A stretch of 64,000 nucleotides of DNA from Tepidisphaera sp. (lineage in GTDB: Bacteria > Planctomycetota > Phycisphaerae > Phycisphaerales > UBA1924), in contig CP051526.1 in assembly GCA_050916045.1 (NCBI GenBank), positions 1,984,001 to 2,048,000 of the forward strand, written 5' to 3'. Each line of letters begins with the position of its first letter. The stretch's first letter is position 1. The position numbers and the translations under genes are program-made. Below are positions 21,258-33,105 of the stretch, one piece after another. The notes beneath the pieces are model-generated. The model had not been told where the DNA came from and did not search any database. It saw nothing but the letters and a program-made list of their open reading frames with translations.

Positions 21258-22118
21258 ATGCCGCGCGCGTTCCTCTCTCTCCTTCTCCTCCCCTTCACCC
21301 TCCTCTCCGCCTGCTCGACCGTCCACCGAACGCCCGACCCGCGAAGCCAGGTCCCATTCATCGAAGCCACCACCCGCGCCTTCGCATCCCCCGACCGCGC
21401 CTGCTTCGTCCTCTTCGACGCCCGCTCCGGCGAAACCCGCGTCATGAACCCCGCCCAAGCAGACCGCCGCTTTCCCCCCGCCTCCACCTTCAAAATCCCC
21501 AACTCACTCATCGGCTTGGACACCGGCGTCATCGAGGGCCCCGACCACATCATCAAGTGGGACGGCACCATCCACGAACGCCAAGCCAGCAACCACAACC
21601 ACTCCCTCCTCTCCGCTTTCCACTACTCCATCGTCTGGTACTACCAAGAGCTCGCCCGCCGCGTCGGCGAACAACGCATGAGCACCGCCCTCCGCAACTT
21701 CGACTACGGCAACGCCGACATCTCTTCCGGCCTCACCACCTTCTGGCTCCGCGGCTCCCTCCGCATCTCCGCCAACGAACAGATCGCCTTCCTCCGCAAA
21801 CTCCAAGCCGGCACGCTCCCCGCTTCCCCGCGAGCCATCGCCCTCACCAAAGACATCCTCATCCTCGCCCAAACTCCCACCTGGACTCTCCGCGGTAAAA
21901 CCGGCACCTATAGCGGCCCCGTCGACGGCACCCACGCCGATCTCGGCTGGTTCGTCGGCTGGCTCGAGAAGGACGGCCGCACCCTCTTCTTCGCCGCCAA
22001 CGACGCCACCGGCCTCACCGGCCCCGACGTCCGCGAAAGGGTCCAGCAGATCTTGACCGACCTCGGCGAACTGCCCGCCAATTGGTCCGACCACGCTCGC
22101 CAGGTCCCCATGCCCTGA
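21258..22118 (+). CDS. Class D beta-lactamase/penicillin-binding family lipoprotein
   Basis: LLSAC lipobox; PASTFK, SIV, YGN, FWL, KTGT, GWFVGW motifs. Confidence 0.88.
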   Translation: MPRAFLSLLLLPFTLLSACSTVHRTPDPRSQVPFIEATTRAFASPDRACFVLFDARSGETRVMNPAQADRRFPPASTFKIPNSLIGLDTGVIEGPDHIIKWDGTIHERQASNHNHSLLSAFHYSIVWYYQELARRVGEQRMSTALRNFDYGNADISSGLTTFWLRGSLRISANEQIAFLRKLQAGTLPASPRAIALTKDILILAQTPTWTLRGKTGTYSGPVDGTHADLGWFVGWLEKDGRTLFFAANDATGLTGPDVRERVQQILTDLGELPANWSDHARQVPMP

Positions 22119-22717
22119 CGCGCTCCGCACGTCCCAATACCTCGTCTTCATCGTAAAACAATGATTTTCTCGACGAAAACGCTTGATCACCGCGAGCCCC
22201 CGCGTATCATTCTCCCGAAGTGGTCCGCGTCCGACTCTCGCGACGCACCGGAGACGCTCCCCGTGAAACGCTGTTGTTGTTGATCCCCTCGTTCGCTCCG
22301 CCCGGTCACTCGTGACGGGATTGCGATGTACGAGGGGTGCTTCCGCGCGCACGTTTCTGTAGCCTGTTTCCCTCGCGCGGCTGTCACCCCACTTCCCAGC
22401 ATCCCGCTCCGAACCTCGGCCCAAAGCCCGCTCAAATCGCGCCGAAAGCCCGCGGAGTCCGCCGTTCAATCCGTGTTCCCAGCCTCGTTGGCGTCCACGC
22501 GCCAGCGCTCCTCCGCGCCCGCGTCACGCCGGCACGGATTGCCATTCCAAACGCTCATCGTTCAGTTCGCCTTCGCTTCCGCGAAGCGGCCCGCGGCTCC
22601 GCCGCGACGGGTTTGCCGCGCTCCCGCGAGTCTCCCTCGTGGCCGCGGCACCTCACCCCGCTCTCGCAAGCTGTCTCACACACGCTCCACACCGGAGCAG
22701 AAAGTTCCAGAATTCCA

Positions 22718-23632
22718 ATGCGTACCAACCATCTGATCAACGCCTCCATCCTCGCCTCTCTCGCACTCGCTTCCGGTGCCGCCGCGAGCATCACCATCGG
22801 TGCCTCCGCCGTCCGCTTCGTCGACATCTCGACGACCGGCACCTCCATCGGAACACTCACCGACGACTCCGAGACCACCGTCGCCGCCGCCGCCCACGGC
22901 TGGATCGGCAACGGCCTCTTCAGCGGCGGCCGCTCCTTCCGCGTCGGCAACAACGGAGGCATCCTCTGGGGTTCCTCCGCCACCGACACCTTCACCGGCG
23001 CCGACCAGATCGGCTACTACAACGCCGGCCCCCTCAACTCCGACGGCCAGACTTCCATCGCGTCCCTCTCCGCTTCCAACTCCGCGCAAGCCGGCAACGG
23101 CGCGGGCCTCCGTCAGTTCATCGCCGTCCTCTGGGACGACTACTTCCCCTCCGCCGCCGGCGGTACCAACATCCGCTATCAGGTCATCAACAACGATCTC
23201 ATCGTCCAGTGGACCAACCAGGACCACTTCGCCGCCCAAGGCGCCGGCTTCGTCACCTTCCAAGCCATCTTCCGCGGCGGCGTCGCCCTCGACAGCGGAC
23301 AGTCCCTCGTCGACTTTGTCTACCAGGACACCCTCTACCAAACCAATCAGTACCAGAACGATGGCGGCAGCGCCACCATCGGCTACAAGAACTGGAACCT
23401 CCTCGCCGGAGCCAACGATGTCGAGTACGGCATCGGCGGCGGCGGAAACTCCGCCTTCGGTGACCCCACCTTCGCCGACGGCACCGGCCGTCAAGCCAAG
23501 GTAAGCGGCTGGGCTCAGGGCGGCGACTCCTCACTCACCCACTCCGTCTCCATCATCGGCGTTCCCACCCCGGGCACCGCCGCCCTCCTCACCCTCGGCG
23601 GCCTCGTCGCCTACCGCCGCCGACGCAAGTAA
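22718..23632 (+). CDS. PEP-CTERM-type surface protein
   Basis: Signal peptide; IAVLWDD motif; C-term VPTPGTAALLTLGGLVAYRRRRK. Confidence 0.9.
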   Translation: MRTNHLINASILASLALASGAAASITIGASAVRFVDISTTGTSIGTLTDDSETTVAAAAHGWIGNGLFSGGRSFRVGNNGGILWGSSATDTFTGADQIGYYNAGPLNSDGQTSIASLSASNSAQAGNGAGLRQFIAVLWDDYFPSAAGGTNIRYQVINNDLIVQWTNQDHFAAQGAGFVTFQAIFRGGVALDSGQSLVDFVYQDTLYQTNQYQNDGGSATIGYKNWNLLAGANDVEYGIGGGGNSAFGDPTFADGTGRQAKVSGWAQGGDSSLTHSVSIIGVPTPGTAALLTLGGLVAYRRRRK

Positions 23633-23700
23633 TCCCAAGCCCCTCAACGCCAACCGGTAAACGCAAATCGGTCTGTACGCTCGCACCACACTCCACTTCA

Positions 23701-23736
23701 CGAACGAACCGGGCGCGTGCCCGGTCGTTCGTTTTT
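23701..23736 (+). terminator. Intrinsic terminator
   Basis: CGAACGAACCGGGC-GCGT-GCCCGGTCGTTCG followed by TTTTT. Confidence 0.75.
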
Positions 23737-24005
23737 CCCCTCCCTCTCCCCGTGCCGTTCCCCGCCCAGCCACGTTGGAATGCGTCTCACGCGCATCGTG
23801 ACCTCGCGTCGCGATGACCCGTCACATTCTCCGTCGCATGCGGCGGCTCACTATTGTGCCACATAATTTTCCGTGCAATGGTGATATTTATGTAGTACAT
23901 TTTGAGACCTGTGGCTAACTTGCCTCAATCATCAGCGACTGTGCCGGCGCCGCGATGTGCGACAAGGCCCGCCAGCCCCTGACATAGAGAGAGAAGGACC
24001 ACAAT

Positions 24006-24752
24006 ATGAGATTCGGAAACTTGGCCGTCGCGGCGTTTATCGCCGCGGGATGCTCCACGCCCGCATGGGGCGACATTCTGGGCACCGCCCAGAACTTCGC
24101 CGTGCTCGCCGGCTCCACCGTCACCAACACCGGCGCCAGCGTCGTCAATGGCGATCTCGGCGTCTGGTCCGGCTTCGCCATCACCGGCTTCGGCCCCGGC
24201 GTCGTCAACGGCACGATCCACGCCGGCGACGCCGTCGCCCAGCAAGCCCAGGACGACGTCACCACCGCGTACAACATGCTCGCCGCCTTCGCCCCAACCC
24301 AGGACCTCACCGGCATGGACCTCGCCGGAATGACCCTCACGCCCGGCGTCTACTTCTTCTCCTCGTCAGCCTTCCTCACCGGCACCCTCACCCTCGACGC
24401 CCTGGGTGATCCCAACGCCCTCTTCATCTTCCAGATGGGAAGCACCCTCACCACCTCCAGCGGTTCCTCCGTCCGCACCATCAACAGCGCCGACGCGTGC
24501 GAGGTCTACTGGCAGGTCGGAAGCTCCGCGACGCTCGGCACCAACACCGCCTTCCAAGGCAACATCCTCGCCCTCGCAAGCATCACCCTCAACACCGGCG
24601 CGACCCTCCTCGAAGGCCGAGCCCTCGCTCGCAACGGCGCCGTCACCATGGACTCCAACACCATCACCGCCGGCTGCATCCCCGCTCCCGGACCCACCTT
24701 CCTCCTCGCCGCCGCGCCTATCGGCCTCCTCGCCCGACGCCGAACCCGCTAG
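24006..24752 (+). CDS. DUF3494 ice-binding-like protein with PEP-CTERM tail
   Basis: FAVLAGSTVTNTG, LTPGVYFF, LTLDA.GDPNA.FIFQ, VYWQVGSSATLGT, GRALARNGAVT; IPAPG..RRRTR. Confidence 0.92.
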   Translation: MRFGNLAVAAFIAAGCSTPAWGDILGTAQNFAVLAGSTVTNTGASVVNGDLGVWSGFAITGFGPGVVNGTIHAGDAVAQQAQDDVTTAYNMLAAFAPTQDLTGMDLAGMTLTPGVYFFSSSAFLTGTLTLDALGDPNALFIFQMGSTLTTSSGSSVRTINSADACEVYWQVGSSATLGTNTAFQGNILALASITLNTGATLLEGRALARNGAVTMDSNTITAGCIPAPGPTFLLAAAPIGLLARRRTR

Positions 24753-24782
24753 CCCAACCCTCGCTCCTCAGACGCGCCCTAC

Positions 24783-24860
24783 CTCCCTCTCCCCGTGCCG
24801 CTTCGGCACGGGGAGAGGTGCCCGATGGGCGGTGAGGGGGTCTTCCATGGACCCCAAACC
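24783..24860. repeat. REP-like element, family A, copy 1 (others at 26586 and 32776; partial at ~23741)
   Basis: CTCCCTCTCCCCGT-hairpin-ACGGGGAGAGGTGCCCGAWGGGCGGTGAGGG..TCTTC.ATGGAC..CCAAA. Confidence 0.85.
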
Positions 24861-24993
24861 CTCGAAGTCCCCCCGCACGCCCCGCCCCAACGGGGCGCAA
24901 CAAGAAAGCCCAGACCGTCAGGCCTGGGCCCAAGGCCCCACACACCACCCAAGCCCCAACGGGGCGACACGCGCCGGCAACTATCATTTGGTC

Positions 24994-26583
24994 ATGCCGA
25001 TCTCTCCCCTCTGGATTCCGCCCCCAGATTCCACAATCCACATCAGCTACGAAGCCACCATCGACTCCGGCGATTGGAAAGCCCGCGGCACCCTCGCAAA
25101 ACAGTTCGCACGCGACCTCCGTCTCCCCGTCTGTGACAGCATCCACCACCTCGTCACCAAACTCACCGACCCCGACATCCTCGTGCTCCTCGAAGCCCTC
25201 GAAAAGCAAAAAGCCGCCGGCGGTCCCGTCCTCCGCCGCGACCGCTTGCCCGGCATCGTGATCACGCACCTCTCGGTTTCGGACCCCCCGATCAAACAAA
25301 AACCTCTGCACTCCGCCGACTGGTTCACCTTCCACCCCCACCGCGAACTCAAAGCACCAAGCCGCGCCCCCGACAAACTCCACCTCGCCTACCTCGACGA
25401 TGACGACACGCGAGCCATGCGGTACATCGCTTCTCCCGAGTTCATCGCATCCACCATCGCCGCCGGCCTCACCGGACTCGCATTTATCCCAATCGAACTC
25501 AGCCGCCCCGGCGAACCCCGCCCCTGGCGACAGTTCTTCGCAACCAACCCCCTCGGGCGCGGCCTCGACCACCCCCTCGTCGACCACGCTCGCGTGATGG
25601 ACAAACTCACGCGCCAAGGCGCCAAACCCAAAGCCGCTTCCCTCCGCCTCGGCCTCCCCTCCGCCGACCCGTTCGAGCTCCGCTCCGTGGACGCCATCGA
25701 CCACCCCATCCTCCGCCGCTACCACGAACTCCAGAATGGCCGCACCTTCGGCGTCTCCCGCGAACCCCGCTTCATCCGCGAACACCTCCCCGACACCGAC
25801 TTCGCCTACGACATCTCACCCCGCATCCAAGACGACAAGCCATCCCCCTTCGGCCGCCACCACGGCCTTGCATGCTCCTCCCGCGCCCGCGAGCACCTCA
25901 TCCGCGCCGGCTTCCTCAAGCCCGCCGACTTCACCCCCATCCTCACCGTCCCCGCCGTCGAAGCCGACGCCATCGACCTCGACGTCGAGATCACTCTCCC
26001 CCTCCCAAGCCCCGCTTTCACCCCAACCGAAGCCGCCGCCGAATCCGCCCGCCGCCAAGCCATCATCGACGCGAAAAAGCCCGCGACCACCACAGCCAAG
26101 CCTCCCTCCGTCGACGAAACCATCGCCACCCTCGAAGCCCGCCTCGCCAAACCCGACCGCCCGTGGACGCCCGCCCGTGACGATCCCGAGTTCGCCAAGG
26201 TCACAACCTCCGAACTCTGGCCCCGCACTCCGCTCGCGTGGCGCAAGCTCGCCCCGCTCCTTCCCCTGCGCATCCCCATGCCCGGGCACCCGGAGTTCTC
26301 CCGCTGGGAGATCGTCCCGCCGCACTGGAACGAGTACACGTACCAAGACGAAAGCACGAGCGGCCGCCCCGACCCTGACATCGCCTCGACCAAAGACCTC
26401 ATCCTCGCCCTCAACGCCTTCGGCGACTTCTACGCCTTCCGCCCCGGCAAACGCGCGACAACCGACGCCGTGATCACCCTCTGGGACCACGAAACCACCG
26501 GCATCGAAGACCAATGGCTCTCCATCCCCGCCCTCCTCGAACACATCGAGTCCCTCCTCCCCGCTCCCCCCAACAACGCCTAA
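24994..26583 (+). CDS. Hypothetical protein with C-terminal SMI1/KNR4-like domain
   Basis: Long ORF with local codon bias; C-term ALNAFGDFYAF...VITLWDHET......SIPALLE. Confidence 0.7.
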   Translation: MPISPLWIPPPDSTIHISYEATIDSGDWKARGTLAKQFARDLRLPVCDSIHHLVTKLTDPDILVLLEALEKQKAAGGPVLRRDRLPGIVITHLSVSDPPIKQKPLHSADWFTFHPHRELKAPSRAPDKLHLAYLDDDDTRAMRYIASPEFIASTIAAGLTGLAFIPIELSRPGEPRPWRQFFATNPLGRGLDHPLVDHARVMDKLTRQGAKPKAASLRLGLPSADPFELRSVDAIDHPILRRYHELQNGRTFGVSREPRFIREHLPDTDFAYDISPRIQDDKPSPFGRHHGLACSSRAREHLIRAGFLKPADFTPILTVPAVEADAIDLDVEITLPLPSPAFTPTEAAAESARRQAIIDAKKPATTTAKPPSVDETIATLEARLAKPDRPWTPARDDPEFAKVTTSELWPRTPLAWRKLAPLLPLRIPMPGHPEFSRWEIVPPHWNEYTYQDESTSGRPDPDIASTKDLILALNAFGDFYAFRPGKRATTDAVITLWDHETTGIEDQWLSIPALLEHIESLLPAPPNNA

Positions 26584-26585
26584 TC

Positions 26586-26726
26586 CTCCCTCGCCCCGTT
26601 CTGCTCTGAGAACGCGGAGAGGTGCCCGAAGGGCGGTGAGGGGTCTTCGATGGACTCCCAAACCTCCGCGCCCCCACCCCCCGCGCACAACATCCCCAAA
26701 CGCGAGCCGGGGCGTATCGCCCCGCC
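26586..26726. repeat. REP-like element, family A, copy 2, plus CGCGAGCCGGGGCG..TCGCCCCGCC hairpin
   Basis: Near-identical to 24783-24860 and 32776-32900. Confidence 0.85.
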
Positions 26727-26878
26727 ATTTCCCCCGCCCCCACGGGGCGACACGCAACTCTCGACACCCCCTGCCATTCTGGCACCCCCTCCCCCCTCCC
26801 GCGCCCCGCTGACACCACCACCATCCCCGCCGAACCCTCACCCGCCCACTTCCCAAGCATCCACGCCGCCCGCCGCTC

Positions 26879-26893
26879 CGGCACGCCATTTGC
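26879..26893 (+). promoter_or_regulatory. Putative sigma-54 (-24/-12) promoter
   Basis: CGGCACGCCATTTGC = GG-N10-GC, matching TGGCACG-N4-TTGC, 15 nt before ATG 26909. Confidence 0.55.
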
Positions 26894-26908
26894 CACATTG
26901 CTTCTCGG

Positions 26909-27457
26909 ATGGTCAATGCGCGCCGACATCCCGAGCCCGGAAACGACCCGACGCCCCCCTCCGGCACCCCCGGCGGCGCAGGCTCAGGGCATCCCTCCGG
27001 GCCCGCTTCGGGCCGCCTCAATCTCCTCCTCTCCTACGCCGGCTGGGAGTCCTCCTGCTGGGTTGACCACCTCCCCCGCCTTCTCGAGCCCATGGGCGTC
27101 GTCTCCCACCGCGCCGGCACCGGCCGCGAAGCCACCGACGTCCTCACCCACACCCGCATCCACATCGCCATCGTCGACCTCGGCCTCCCCCTCGACCAGT
27201 CCTCCGCCGAGTCCCCGACCGAAGAAGCCGGCTCCCGCCTCCTCGAGCTCCTCTCCCGCCAGCCCGAGCCGCCGCCCACCGTCGTCGTCAAACGCTCCAA
27301 GTCCCACCGCGAAGACCTCCGCGAAATGAACGCCGCCCTTCGCCTGGGCGCCTTCGCCGTCGTCGACCGCCCCCGCAAACCCGCCGACCTCAACCTCATG
27401 CTCGACGTCCTGCGTCGATGCCTCCTCCGTCATTACCGCGGCATGTGGCCCGCGTAA
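26909..27457 (+). CDS. Atypical single-domain response regulator receiver
   Basis: AGTGREATDVL..IHIAIVDLGLP...ALRLGAFAVVDRP; no obvious acidic pair, and R replaces the conserved K. Confidence 0.75.
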   Translation: MVNARRHPEPGNDPTPPSGTPGGAGSGHPSGPASGRLNLLLSYAGWESSCWVDHLPRLLEPMGVVSHRAGTGREATDVLTHTRIHIAIVDLGLPLDQSSAESPTEEAGSRLLELLSRQPEPPPTVVVKRSKSHREDLREMNAALRLGAFAVVDRPRKPADLNLMLDVLRRCLLRHYRGMWPA

Positions 27458-27529
27458 GTTCCCGTCCTGACCCGGACCGCCGTTCGCGTTCCGCCGTCTT
27501 TGTTCACGCCTCTTTCGGAGTTTCAAGAA

Positions 27530-27853
27530 ATGGCCAAGCAAGCATCCTCATCGTCCACCACCCTCCTCCGCCCCCTCGGCGACAAGATCCTCATCAAGCG
27601 CGACGAGGCCCAGACCAAAACCTCTACCGGCCTCTTCCTCCCCGAAACCTCCAAAGAAAAGCCGATGACCGCCACCATCGAAGCCGTCGGCACCGGCACC
27701 CTCAATACCGACACCGGCGCCCGCATCCCCCTCTCCGTCAAAAAGGGCGACCGCATCCTCATCACCAAGTGGGCCGGCACCGAGGTCAAACTCAACGACA
27801 AAGAGTTCCTCATCATCAACGAGGACGACATCCTCGCCGTGATCGAGGACTGA
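27530..27853 (+). CDS. groES: Co-chaperonin GroES
   Basis: LRPLGDKILIKR, TSTGLFLP, AVGTG, VKKGDRIL..KWAGTEVK, EDDILAVI. Confidence 0.97.
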   Translation: MAKQASSSSTTLLRPLGDKILIKRDEAQTKTSTGLFLPETSKEKPMTATIEAVGTGTLNTDTGARIPLSVKKGDRILITKWAGTEVKLNDKEFLIINEDDILAVIED

Positions 27854-27857
27854 TCGC

Positions 27858-28123
27858 ATGGACCTTGACGCCCTCCGCTCACTCCTGCAGCACGCGATCG
27901 ATCACGGCGCGGACGCCCGCCTCATCATCGACGGGTGCGACATCCAGATCCTCCCCGCCGCCGTCGAAACCGACGACAAGGGAAACCTGAAAGTCGCCAC
28001 CCGCTCCCCGCTGCTCAGGAACACGCCCAGGGACGCCAAGGACCATCACCACGCGGCCCCCGCCGACGGACTCTGGATCATCAACCCCGCCCGCGTCGCC
28101 GCCGCCTGGATCCACCCCCTCCC

Positions 28124-28127
<4 letters not shown>
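27858..28127 (+). CDS. Small hypothetical protein inside groESL operon (paralog A)
   Basis: Starts 4 nt after groES stop; ATGA overlap with next ORF. Confidence 0.7.
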
Positions 28128-30050
<1,923 letters not shown>

Positions 30051-30074
30051 ACCCTTCACTCCGCAGTAAACCTC

Positions 30075-30800
30075 GAAGCCCACGGGTTCCAACCCGTGGG
30101 CTTCTTTCCTTGTACCATGCAACTATGAACGTTCGCATCATCGATGCATGGAACGGCTGGTATCATCTCAACGGCAACACCTACGGCACCTGGATCCGCG
30201 GCGATGAACGCGGCTGGCGTGCCCGCCACCACCGCGAACACGTTGACGGCGACTATCACAACCCGCCCGATCCTTCCGAGCACATCGCTCAACGTGCATT
30301 CTCCAAAGCCCACACCAAAACCCCCGTCCTCCTTTCACCGGAGGCACGACTTGTCGCATGTCACGAGCTCGTCGCGTCGCTCATCCACCAACGGATCGAA
30401 GTGATCGCTTGCGCCATCGACGACCACCACTTCCACCTCCTCGCGAGGTTCATCCTCCCGCCGAAGCCCACGGGTTCCAACCCGTGGGAATGCGGCACCC
30501 ACAACCAACCCCTCTACGCCTACATCCGCCACGTCACCGGACTCGCGAAGTCCCGTTCCTCCCGCGCGGTCTCTTCTCTCCATCTAACCCCCGAAGGCGG
30601 CGTTTGGGCCAAACGCTTCAAGATCACGCCGATCACCGATCGTGCCCACCAACTGAACGCCTTCAACTACATCACCGACCACGCCGCCCGCAGCGCAGCG
30701 CTGTGGACCTACAAAGATCCACCCCCGACCTCACGACTCGTCCCAACCCCCCAACCACCGTAATCAAAGAAGCCCACGGGTTCCAACCCGTGGGGCCTTC
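30075..30800. repeat. Three copies of REP palindrome GAAGCCCACGGGTTCCAACCCGTGGG (30075, 30463, 30769)
   Basis: Identical 26-bp palindromic core; first copy is followed by a T-run and may also terminate groEL. Confidence 0.92.
30125..30763 (+). mobile_element. REP-associated tyrosine (Y1/HUH) transposase-like gene
   Basis: YHL...TYGTWIRGD.RGW N-terminus, DDHHFHLL HUH motif, VWAKR, NYI catalytic Tyr; flanked by REPs. Confidence 0.8.
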
Positions 30801-30880
30801 GCTCCACACCCACGCCCCCCATTCGATTCGCCACGTTTGGACCTGAGTCGTCCCCCGCCACCCGCCTGTACACTGACCCG

Positions 30881-31519
30881 ATGCCCAAGCTGCTTCCCTA
30901 CTCCCGATGGCTGGAACTCGTCGACGTCACCCGCCGTGGCATTCCCAAGCACGGCCAACCCGGATCGGTCGTCTGCGACCACATCCTTGAGCAAGCGATC
31001 AACCTCGCCACGCGCGACCGGTCCAAATCCTCCAAGCCCCGTGCCAACCTCGCTCTCCTCAACGAGCTCGGCTCGGAGCTCATGAACGATGGCGTCGCCG
31101 CAGGCTTGGCATTCAACTCGACCGAACGCATCGATCCCGGCATCACCCTCTTCAAGCACCTCGCAATGCCCAGGACGGTTGCACTCTTCCAATCTGTAGC
31201 GTCGCTCCTGCCTCCGGCGAGCAAACGAACCGCCCGTCACAAGTCCGATTGGTTCGACGATCCCGCTCGGGCCGCCGCACTCGACGCTCTCGAAGCCAAA
31301 GCCGACTCCTGCGAACTGCTGCGCCAAGGCATCTTCCACTTCGCCTTCAGAATCATCGTCGCCTCCCCCGCCGCCTTCTTCGACGATCCCAACGACCTTG
31401 GATTCTCGCATCCTGCATTCACCGCGTCAGACGTTTCGCAATCACAATCCCCCACGAACACCCCTCCTCCAAGCTCGAAGTTCCACGTTCGTACCTTTAG
31501 GGTCAGTTCCGCTCCATAG
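30881..31519 (+). CDS. Hypothetical protein
   Basis: TACACT box 6 nt before ATG; ORF with ordinary amino-acid composition. Confidence 0.5.
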   Translation: MPKLLPYSRWLELVDVTRRGIPKHGQPGSVVCDHILEQAINLATRDRSKSSKPRANLALLNELGSELMNDGVAAGLAFNSTERIDPGITLFKHLAMPRTVALFQSVASLLPPASKRTARHKSDWFDDPARAAALDALEAKADSCELLRQGIFHFAFRIIVASPAAFFDDPNDLGFSHPAFTASDVSQSQSPTNTPPPSSKFHVRTFRVSSAP

Positions 31520-31643
31520 AAACAAGCTCCTGGCGGGTGGCACCACTCAGTTCCGACCCGTACCCCCGACCAATCCTGTCCACCCTCCACATTCATCCCC
31601 GGCGGTATCCTTCACCAAGACCCGCGAGCCCACGGTACGACGC

Positions 31644-31910
31644 ATGGATGCACTTCAGCTCTTCAAGCGGCTCGCCTCACGGTATCCAGAAACCAATCCC
31701 AAGATCACTGTACTCCCGACCGGCGCCGCGATGCTCGATCTCGCGGCGCACGGGGTGCGTTACTGCGTGGAGTTCTTCCCCGCATCCGATTCGCTCGGTC
31801 TTTCGAGGGTCGAAGGCTCCTCGCCCTTCTGGGAAGGTGTTGATGAATCGTTCTCATCGCCCGAGGCCCTCGAAGCAAAGATGGCCAATCTGCTGAGAAC
31901 GCAAGAGTGA
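31644..31910 (+). CDS. Small hypothetical protein
   Basis: MDALQLFKRL...FWEGVDESFSSPEALEAKMANLL; globular-looking. Confidence 0.5.
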   Translation: MDALQLFKRLASRYPETNPKITVLPTGAAMLDLAAHGVRYCVEFFPASDSLGLSRVEGSSPFWEGVDESFSSPEALEAKMANLLRTQE

Positions 31911-32355
31911 TGGGCGTGTGGCATCACTCAACCCCCCGCGTGCCACCACCCGCCGCTTCGGCGCGTGGTGGGTGCACGTCCAACATCAACGACTCCCCCT
32001 TCCCACAGCAACTCCTCCCCCGCCCCCGGCGGGGGAGGTGCCGAGTCTTCGAGGCGGAGGGGGTTCTTCGGCTCGTAGTGAATGACGCGCAGCCTCAGCA
32101 ACTGCCCCATGGCAAACAGAGTTCCGCCACTAGCCCGCAGGGCTGAAAGAAAGTAGCCGGGGGCAACGCCCCCGGTGAGCCCGCCCCCACAACCCGACCC
32201 TGCAAGGATCGGATCAAAACCCGCGACCGAACGACCCGACGACACAACACGCAACCCGTGCGCACACCGCGCCCGAATCTCTCCCCACGCCCCAACTTTC
32301 CCGAAAGCTTCTCCCCTCCCCGCGCCTTCTCTCCGCGGGAACAAAGGGGGCCCAG

Positions 32356-33105
32356 ATGTCCATACAGCCGTCCACGCACGACGAGATCCTCGCCACCTGG
32401 CTCGAGGAACACGGGGACCTCGAAATGGTCCTCTTCAAGCACAAGCTGACTCCGGCAGAACTCCGAGCCTTCGTCGCCGACCCGCTCGTCATCGCGACAA
32501 TGGACGCCCACGAATCGCTCCTCGCAAGACGCCGCCGCATCCTCGCCTCGATGCACATGCAAAACGCAGCCGAGATGCTCAGCAAATCCATGTTCGAGTC
32601 AAGCTCCCTCATCGAATGCCGCCGCGCCGCCACCTCACTCGCAAGACTCACCCGCGACATGACGCGCAACTCCTCCCCCGGCCCCGCCGGGGGAGGTGGC
32701 CGAGTCCGCGAGGCCGGAGGGGGTGCGTCCGCCCCCAGAGAGACGACCGCGCAAGCGGTCGCCCCCCACTCCCCCCTCCCTCTCCCCGTCGCTTCGAACG
32801 GGGAGAGGTGCCCGAAGGGCGGTGAGGGATCTTCTATGGACGCCCAAATCACGACGCACGCCCCACCCCCAACCCGCGAGCCGGGGCGTGTCGCCCCGCC
32901 CTCTCCCCCCGCTGCTCCAATCACGGCTCGTGACGGAAGAACTCCCAACCAGCCCCTCCACAAACCACACCAACCAACATCCGCTTCACTCCCAACCACA
33001 CAAAACCTCACCCCACACCCACGCCGCAAGTCCGCAAGCTCATCGACTCCCTCCGCCGACCCCACGCAGCCCACGCTCGAATCCGCCCATCACGGCTGGA
33101 GCTGA
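32356..33105 (+). CDS. Hypothetical helical protein whose 3' half runs through REP elements
   Basis: N-terminal ~100 aa are helical and protein-like; REP-B at 32669 and REP-A at 32776 lie in the ORF. Confidence 0.45.
   Translation: MSIQPSTHDEILATWLEEHGDLEMVLFKHKLTPAELRAFVADPLVIATMDAHESLLARRRRILASMHMQNAAEMLSKSMFESSSLIECRRAATSLARLTRDMTRNSSPGPAGGGGRVREAGGGASAPRETTAQAVAPHSPLPLPVASNGERCPKGGEGSSMDAQITTHAPPPTREPGRVAPPSPPAAPITARDGRTPNQPLHKPHQPTSASLPTTQNLTPHPRRKSASSSTPSADPTQPTLESAHHGWS

Noticed and set aside
22119..22717. Structured ncRNA in 600-bp intergenic region
   Set aside because: Some hairpins (e.g. CCCCTCGT...ACGAGGGG) but no recognisable family; needs an Rfam/covariation search
27458..27529. 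CIRCE operator upstream of groES
   Set aside because: No TTAGCACTC-N9-GAGTGCTAA found here or before groEL
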